Shown: positions 57,273 through 64,000 of the stretch, in pieces
Numbering within the stretch: position 1 is the first letter of the stretch
Layout of the letters: the number at the start of each line of letters is the position of its first letter
Assembly: GCA_963836845.1 (NCBI GenBank)
Contig: CAWILK010000046.1
Location: 1,582 to 65,581 of the forward strand
DNA from: an uncultured Alphaproteobacteria bacterium
GTDB taxonomy: Bacteria > Pseudomonadota > Alphaproteobacteria > ATCC43930 > CGMCC-115725
Direction: 5' to 3'
Length of the DNA: 64,000 nt
The notes under the pieces: generated by a model
Databases searched by the model: none
The model's input: the letters and a program-made list of their open reading frames with translations, nothing else
What the model was told of the DNA's origin: nothing
Position numbers and translations under genes: made by a program

Positions 57273-58595
57273 GTATTTTGTGTAAGTGAGGGTCGTGAGA
57301 GATTGGAGTTGTAGAGGGGATCACGGATTATGGCACAAGCGATCAGGGACGAGCTCATTGAGGAGCTGCTTCAAGGTCACACTCGCCGCAGGATCTGATC
57401 GGCGAAGAAGGGCTGTTCAAAGAGCTCAAGAAGCGACTGATCGAGCGAGCGCTCGGGGCCGAACTGAGAGAGCATCTGGGATACGAGAAGGGCGACCCGG
57501 CCGGCCGCGGCGGTGGCAACAGCCGCAACGGGTATCGAGCAAGACGGTGATGAGCGATGACGGTGAGATCGAGATCGCGATGCCGCGCGACCGCGACGGG
57601 AGGTTCGAGCCGAAGATAATCGCGAAGGGACAGACCCGTCTCGATGGGTTTGACGATAGGATCATCAGTCTTATGCCCGAGGCATGACGGTGCGCGAGAT
57701 CCAGGGTCACCTGCAGGAAATATACGGGATCGAGGTTTCGCCCGACCTGATCAGCCGGGTCACCGACGCCGTGCTTGAGGAAGTTCGGGAGTGGCAGAGC
57801 CGGCCACTCGACCCGGTCTACCGGTCTCTTCTTCGACGCGCTGCGGGTCAAGATCCGTGACGAGGGTCTGGTGAAGAACAAAGCGGTCTATGTCGCTCTG
57901 GCGCTCAACAGAGAAGGCGAGAAAGAGGTGCTCGGGCTGTGGATCGAGCAGAGCGAGGGGGCCAAGTTCTGGTTGAAAGTGATGAACGAACTCAAGACAC
58001 GCGGCGTCAACGATGTTCTGATGCGGTCGTCGACGGGCTTAAGGGCTTCCGGAGGCGATCGGGACGGTGTTCCCGCAAACCACGGTGCAGACCTGCATCG
58101 TGCATTGATCCGTAACAGGCTGGCTTTGTGTCGTGGAAGGATCGCAAGGTGATCATGCCCGATCTGAAGGCGATCTACCGGGCGGAAACGCCGAGATGGC
58201 CGCCGCCGAACTCGATGAATTCGAGGCCGAATGGGGCAAGCGATACCCGGCGATCGGGCAGGCGTGGCGGCGAGCCTGGGAGAATGTGATGCCGCTGTTC
58301 GCGTTCGCGCCGGGGATCCGCAAGATGATCTACACGACGAACGCGGTGGAAGGCCTGAACCGCAGCCTGCGCAAGATCATCAAGAACGCGGCAGCTTCCC
58401 GAACGACGAGGCGGCGTTGAAGCTGCTTTATCTGGCGATCAACAATGCCGGCTTGCACTGGCGACGATCGATTGAATGGACCGCAGCGATAGGGCAATTT
58501 GCCATTCAGTTCGGCGACCGTTTTGAGCCTTCAGCGCGCTGAAGGCTCAAAACGTTGAGATACACTTCTCTTACACAGAGATCCGGACACTCCCG
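57273..58595 (+). mobile_element. IS256-family insertion sequence (ends approximate)
   Basis: A mutator-type transposase gene is flanked by TGTGTAAG-containing termini (left ...tattTTGTGTAAGTGAGGG; right, inward, GGGAGTGTCCGGATCTCTGTGTAAGAGAAG, resembling the IS256 IR core GTCCG.AT...TGTGTAA). It interrupts the OMP gene. Confidence 0.7.
57330..58542 (+). pseudogene. IS256-family transposase, about 7 apparent frameshifts
   Basis: MAQAIRDELIEELLQG / LFKELKKRLIERALGAELREHLGYEKGDPAGRGGGNSRNG / [38 protein letters not shown] / [45 protein letters not shown] / [25 protein letters not shown]...GAKFWLKVMNELKTRGVNDV / ...YPAIGQAWRRAWENVMPLFAFAPGIRKMIYTTNAVEGLNRSLRKIIK / SFPNDEAALKLLYLAINNAGLHW. Confidence 0.8.
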
Positions 58596-58913
58596 CACGC
58601 TAAAATTCTGAACACTGCCTTGCTCAAGTTGAATGCCAAACCGTTCAGTGATCAATTTGCTGTAATTTCCGGTGAACTGAGTTTGCCATCCCTTCGCCGT
58701 CGGCTGGCTGCTGAAAGTGCCCCAAAGAGCGTCTGTCGGGCCAACCTGCGGCAAGACAAGGGTGGCTGGAAAATTTCGGTCGCCAGCGGCCGTGTAGGCG
58801 TTACTCGCGGCCGGGATCAGAGTGCCGACCGCGAGTGCGAGAAACCCACCGACGCTCCATCGACGATCCAAACGATCCCGGCGATTTGGGTGACCGGTCC
58901 AGCTGTTTTTCAT
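58596..58913 (-). pseudogene. outer-membrane beta-barrel protein, N-terminal part (signal peptide plus first strands)
   Basis: MKNSWTGHPNRRDRLDRRWSVGGFLALAVGTLIPAASNAYTAAGDRNFPATLVLPQVGPTDALWGTFSSQPTAKGWQTQFTGNYSKLITERFGIQLEQGSVQNF, then IS-end sequence (ORF 58506..58913 reads on into the IS). Confidence 0.55.
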
Positions 58914-58946
58914 ACCAATCCCCCAGCGACTGTCGTTTGTCCCCGG

Positions 58947-59529
58947 CTATTCAGCGACACGGAGGACCGCATTGAACTCCATCTGAGTCCATACCCGCGG
59001 TAGCACGGGCGCACGCCCGGCTTCCAGGCGCGTCCCCCAGTGAGACGGGATCGAAACTGATTGTCCCTCCCACAACGCTCGTCAAATCGATGGTGCCGGC
59101 CAACACCCCGACCTGCGCCGAGCCGGCCTGCACTGTAATCACCCAGTCGGCCGAATCGGAAGCTACCGATGCGGTACCGGCCGAGGTCGAAACCGCAAAG
59201 GGCCGTGTGACCGAAGCGACATGCAGTAGCCCATGTGTCAACGAGAGCTTCACATCGCCGATATTGTAGCTTGCCACAGTCATGCTGCTGCCGGGCGCAA
59301 CCGAGATTGTCGACCCGTCGGACATCTGCAGCTTCAGGTGGCCGTCTGCCGCTACGTCGACCGTATCCCCGATCTGCACCGCATCGCCCTGTTTCAGCGC
59401 ACGGCCGTTATCGGTGCATGATCCGCTCATCATGACGACCTTACCCGCCGGCGCGGCGGCCGCTGCGCTGGCCCAAAATAATAGGCCAAAGATCGCCAAC
59501 AGCACGCCAACCAGGTTGCCTTCCATCAT
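58947..59529 (-). CDS. FecR-domain secreted protein (possible frameshift near 59040)
   Basis: Signal MMEGNLVGVLLAIFGLLFWASAAAAAPA, then GKVVMMSGSCTDNGRALKQGDAVQIGDTVDVAADGHLKLQMSDGSTISVAPGSSMTVASY (FecR-like pattern). An alternative C-terminal frame ends at TAG 58949..58947. Confidence 0.7.
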
Positions 59530-59682
59530 TCTCGAAGCCCGACGCCGGCCCGAATTCTGTTATTCGTCGAACAGTTCATCTGAGTTCTGATCGACATCGG
59601 TGAGATCCTACTCGGCTCAACCGTGGCAATGTCGGTCATCTTGCCGGACAGACTTTGCGCCGAGGTTCAGGCCTCTGCCGCC

Positions 59683-62084
59683 TCACGCAACGTTCCGTGG
59701 ACGGGGCGACCGCTTCCGTGACCGCCGTCCAATCTCGGCGTGCGTCTCGTCCCTCCGGGTCTCGACGATGCAAATCCAATCGGGCGGCCAGACAGAAGTG
59801 GTGACCGCCAGGCACGCGTTCCAAGCCGATACCGCCTCCTCCAGACGCGCCGTCCCGCTCGCGCGCCCGCCCAATTCCGAGAGCGCGTTGCCAAGGTTCA
59901 TCTGCGTCATCGCCCAGTCGAGTGGTGCCCGATCTCGCGTCCTTTCCTCTAGCGCCGTCCGATAGGCGGCAACCGCTTCCTCCAGACGCGCCGTCCCGCT
60001 CTCCCGCTCACCCAGACTCTCAAGGGCAGTGCCGAGGTTCATCTGCGTCATCGCCCATTGAAGCGGCACCCGATCGCGCGTCGTTTCCTCCAGCGCCGCG
60101 CGAAACGCCGCCACCGCCTCCTCCAGACGCGTTGTCCCCTTCTCCCGCGCGCCGAGTGTCGAGAGCGCCGCACCGAGGTTCATCTGCGTCATCGCCCATT
60201 GGAGCGGAACCCGGTCGCGCGTCCTTTCTTCCAGCGCCGCCCGGAACGCTACGACCAATTCCTCGAGACGCGCCGTCCCACTCTCACATTCGCCAAGATT
60301 CACAAGCGCGCTGCCAAGGTTAACCTGCGTCATCGCCCATTGTAGCGGCACCCGATTGCGCGGCATCTCCTCCTAGCGCCGCGCGAAACGCCGCCACCGC
60401 CTCCTCCAGATGCACCGTCCCGCTCTCACGCGCGCTCAGCATCGAGAGCGCGGAGCCGAGGTTCACCTGCGTCATCGCCCAATCACGCGGTACCCGATCG
60501 CGCGGCGTCTCCTCCAACGCCGCGCGAAACGCCGCCACTGCCTCCTTCAGGCGCGCCGTCCCGCTCTCGCGCGCGCCCAACATCGAGACCGCACAGCCGA
60601 GGTTCACCTGCGTCATTGCCCAATCACGCGGCGCCTGCTCGCGCTTCGTCTCCTCGAGCGCCGCGCGAAATGCGACTACCGCCTCTTCGAGACGCGTCGT
60701 TCCGCTCTCCCGCTCGCCTAGTCTCCACAGTGCTGTGCCGAGATTGCTTTGCGTCATCGCCCATTGGAGCGGTACGTGATGGCGCGTTCTTTCCTCCAAA
60801 GCCGCGCGATACGCTGCGACTGCTTCGTCCAGACGCGCCGTCCCGCTCTCACGCTCGCCAAGCGTCGCAAGGGCGGAGCCGAGGTTGTTTTGAGTCGTCG
60901 CCCAGTAGAGCGGTACCCGATCGCGCGGTAGCAGTTCGAGCGCGCGGCTGTAGAGTGGGATTGCCTCCTGCAATACCGTGTTGTCCCCGCGTTCCTCACC
61001 TTCGCGCTGCATCGCGTCGGCTTGTCGCCGGAGCAGGATGCCCTTCTCGTTCGGCTCTCCGCTGGGCACCAGCAACGCGGCCTCCCCAAATAGCTGCGCG
61101 GCCTCTGCATATTCCAGCGCCGTCAGGGCCAGTTCCGCTTCGGCCGCCACGGCTCGAGCAGCCTGGAGCATCTGTTTTTCTGCTGCTGCTTCCGCCTCCC
61201 TAGCGAGCCGCCGCGCCTCAGCGGCCGCCGCTTCCGCTGCAGCTCGCGCCGCCTGAAGATGACGCCGAGCTTCGTTTCGATCGCCTGAGGCCGCTGCCTG
61301 CGAAGCCTTTGCCGCATGCTCCTGCGCGACAGGGTTCTCCGGATCCAGGGCGGCAATCGCCGCAGCTGCCTTGCGATAATGCTGGAAAACCTCGGCCAGC
61401 TTCTCGGCCAACCGTTCCTCCGGGACCTCCGCCTGACCGAGGGTAGCGAGCATCGTTCGCATCGCCCCCTGCGTCACGCCAAGCCGGCGACTGACCTCGG
61501 CAACCTTCTCGTCCGCTCCCCTCGTCGCGGCTTCGATCAGCATTCGCACCTGCTCGGCCGTAAAGCCGACCGAGAGGTGTTCACCCTGCAGGACTGTCGC
61601 ACCCGCTCCGACATCGCCGATGAGGTAGCGCGACGCACCGGAGGGCATATCGCTAGCTACAAATGGGGCGATCGCCGCCTTGGTCGCTGCCTCGGTCACG
61701 GTGCCAAGGGTCTTCTGCGCCGCCTCGCTCTTCACGATCTCGCCGAGCGCACCGCCCACCCAGGACGCGGTGGCGCCAAACCACGATTTCGCGTCCAGCA
61801 ATGCGCGGCGCAGAGTAGTCGGCAATTCCTGGACCTTGGCAATTCCCTCGGCGACCGCCTTGGTCTTGTCTAGGGCAAGTGCGCGCGTGTCCTCGTCGAG
61901 CGACGCATCCTCGGCTATCCGCTTCAGCAGCGAGTCGAATTGCCGAATGAGCGATTCCCCGCTCGGCAGGCTCGCGACCCCCTCGAACCCAGGAAATATT
62001 TTCGCCCTGCGCAACGCGCGCGCCGGCCCCGACATTGCCCATCTGATAGCTGCGTTCCGCAGCAGGTTTTGGCTCATCGGGCAT
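59683..62084 (-). CDS. large repeat protein: uncharacterised N-terminal region, Ala-rich coiled-coil-like segment, and eight 47-residue TPR-like helical repeats; 2 apparent frameshifts
   Basis: ORF 61653..62084 start (MPDEPKPAAERSYQMGNVGAGARVAQGENISWV) joins ORF 60320..62077 near 61985 and ORF 59683..60366 near 60360. The repeat unit is RDRVPLQWAMTQMNLGxALxxLGERESGTARLEEAVAAFRAALEExT. Confidence 0.75.
59790..60930 (-). repeat. tandem array of eight 141-bp coding repeats
   Basis: The marker (a/c)(t/c)ctgcgtcatcgccca recurs at 59900, 60041, 60182, 60323, 60465, 60606, 60747 and 60888. The period is 141 bp, except one 142-bp interval that coincides with the frameshift near 60360. Confidence 0.75.
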
Positions 62085-62432
62085 CTTTTCCTCCCGGTCG
62101 CGGCATTCTGCAGGCCCTGGTTAACGAGTATCGGAGTGGATCTTCGTTAACCTTAACATCGCCCACGACCCGCGTGAATAGCAGGGAGAAGGGGGCAATG
62201 GCCAGACAAAACTCGGCGTTAAGAGTAATTTCTTTCAGCTCGTGCGTTTATTACCAGCCACGTCCGGCCTCACCGGATCGGATCCGACCCCCTTTAACAG
62301 GATGTTGCTTGCGGTGCGGATCGCAGCGCGCCACTCGCCGCGGACAGGTGCGGGGCGCCATGCGCCATTGATCGAGCCTGGTCGGATCGCTACCGTGGTA
62401 GTCTGCGCCGAGCCGCCACGGGAGATCCGATC

Positions 62433-64000
62433 ATGCCAGACGATGTTCGCCGCCCTGCGATCGACAAGTCGCGCCTGCCGAGCCGGCACGTCACGGTCGG
62501 GCCGGAGCGGGCGCCGCACCGCGCCTTTCTCTATTCGATGGGGCTGACGACCGAGCAGATCAACCAGCCGATCATCGGGGTCGCGACCACCTGGAACGAG
62601 GCGGCGCCGTGCAATATCGCGCTGTCGCGCCAAGCGCAGGCGGCCAAGAAAGGAGTGGCGGCGGCGGGCGGCACGCCACGCGAATTCACCACGATCACCG
62701 TCACCGACGGCATCGCGATGGGCCATGAGGGGATGAAGTCCTCGCTGGTCAGCCGCGAGGTCATCGCCAACTCGGTCGAATTGACGATGCGCGGCCATTG
62801 CTATGACGCGCTGGTCGGCCTCGCCGGCTGCGACAAGTCATTGCCCGGACTGATGATGGCGATGCTGCGGCTCAACGTGCCGTCGGTGTTCATGTATGGC
62901 GGCTCGATCCTGCCCGGCCGCTTCAAGGGCAAGGACGTGACGATCGGCGACGTCTTCGAGGGGGTCGGCGCGCACAACGTCGGCAAATTGTCGGACGAGG
63001 AATTGCACGAGCTGGAATGCGTCGCATGCCCCTCCTCGGGGTCCTGCGGCGGCCTCTTCACCGCCAACACGATGGCCTGCGTTTCCGAGGCGATCGGGCT
63101 GGCGCTTCCCGGCTCGGCCGGAGCGCCGGCGCCCTACAACTCGCGCGACGCCTATGCCGAGGAGTCCGGCAAGGCGGTGATGGCCCTGGTGCGCAGCAAC
63201 CTGCGGCCGCGCGACATCGTGACCCGGAAGGCGATCGAAAACGCCACGATGGTCGTCGCCGCGGCCGGCGGCTCGACCAATGGCGGCCTTCATGTCCCCG
63301 CGATCGCCAATGAGGCGGGCATCGAATTTACGCTCCACGATTTCGGCGAGATTGCCAAACGCACCCCCTATATTGGCGATTTGAAGCCGGGCGGCCGCTA
63401 CGTGATGAAGGATCTGCACGATGTCGGCGGCGTGCCGGTGCTGATGAAGGCGTTGCTCGACGGCGGCTATCTGCACGGCGACTGCATGACCGTCACCGGC
63501 AAGACGATCGCCGAGAACCTGCGGGATGTGAAATTCCCGACCGGGCAGGATGTCGTCCGCCCGACCTCGAACCCGATCGCTCCGACCGGCGGGCTCGTCG
63601 TCCTCAAGGGCAACCTTGCCCCGCAGGGCGCGATCGTCAAGGTCGCCGGCATGAAGAGCGTGCGCTTGACCGGGCCGGCGCTCTGCTTTGATCGCGAAGA
63701 GGATGCGTTCGAAGCGGTCGAGCAGCGCCGCTACAAGGAAGGCGACGTGATCGTCATCCGTTATGAGGGGCCGCGCGGCGGGCCCGGCATGCGCGAGATG
63801 CTGTCCACCACCGCGGCGCTTTACGGCCAGGGCGTCGGCGAGAAGGTGGCGCTGATCACGGACGGCCGCTTCTCGGGCGCTACGCACGGCTTCTGCGTCG
63901 GCCACGTCGGGCCGGAGGCGGCGGCGGGCGGGCCGATCGCCCTGATCCGCGACGGCGACGTGATCACGATCGACGCCACTGCCGGCGCCCTCGAAGTGGC
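62433..64000 (+). CDS. ilvD: dihydroxy-acid dehydratase, 3' partial (runs off the window); not in the ORF track because it is open-ended
   Basis: Read directly: [64 protein letters not shown]...[24 protein letters not shown]...[11 protein letters not shown]...[16 protein letters not shown]...[23 protein letters not shown]. No frame break over about 1.57 kb. Confidence 0.9.
   Translation, partial: MPDDVRRPAIDKSRLPSRHVTVGPERAPHRAFLYSMGLTTEQINQPIIGVATTWNEAAPCNIALSRQAQAAKKGVAAAGGTPREFTTITVTDGIAMGHEGMKSSLVSREVIANSVELTMRGHCYDALVGLAGCDKSLPGLMMAMLRLNVPSVFMYGGSILPGRFKGKDVTIGDVFEGVGAHNVGKLSDEELHELECVACPSSGSCGGLFTANTMACVSEAIGLALPGSAGAPAPYNSRDAYAEESGKAVMALVRSNLRPRDIVTRKAIENATMVVAAAGGSTNGGLHVPAIANEAGIEFTLHDFGEIAKRTPYIGDLKPGGRYVMKDLHDVGGVPVLMKALLDGGYLHGDCMTVTGKTIAENLRDVKFPTGQDVVRPTSNPIAPTGGLVVLKGNLAPQGAIVKVAGMKSVRLTGPALCFDREEDAFEAVEQRRYKEGDVIVIRYEGPRGGPGMREMLSTTAALYGQGVGEKVALITDGRFSGATHGFCVGHVGPEAAAGGPIALIRDGDVITIDATAGALEV

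Overview
High-GC alphaproteobacterial chromosomal window, Hyphomicrobiales/Rhizobiales-like by gene content and synteny (composition judged by eye, not computed). It is mostly housekeeping and accessory metabolism. A conserved block runs NDUFA12-mlaD-DUF2155 / aat-accC-accB-aroQ. Other recognisable genes are thiC with a TPP riboswitch, class II RNR nrdJ, gor, class II DAHP synthase and ilvD. There are three family-III CoA-transferase paralogs (one coupled to a CitE-like lyase), three LLM flavin oxidoreductases, two two-component clusters, a metal cluster (RcnR-like repressor, CDF exporter, CopD-like protein, Tat-metallophosphoesterase, cupredoxin), three type II TA modules (VapBC, Doc, HicAB) and one IS256-family insertion. 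No rRNA, tRNA or CRISPR was seen.

There is one dominant caveat. Roughly 90-100 reading-frame breaks (hand count) interrupt about 35 genes, including essential ones (nrdJ, accB, accC). I therefore read most of them as consensus indel errors, not decay. They are strongly non-uniform, however.

The most interesting observations are:
- A GC-rich composite palindromic repeat family, with one copy inserted in frame inside nrdJ and others overlapping gene termini.
- A DUF559 gene plus repeat splitting accB from accC.
- A diverged nrdJ relic beside hicAB.
- An uncharacterised repeat-protein / FecR-domain / outer-membrane-protein operon whose last gene is split by the IS.
- A translationally coupled RR-DUF3365(heme c)-HAMP/GAF kinase-NUDIX operon.

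None of these can be confirmed without searches.
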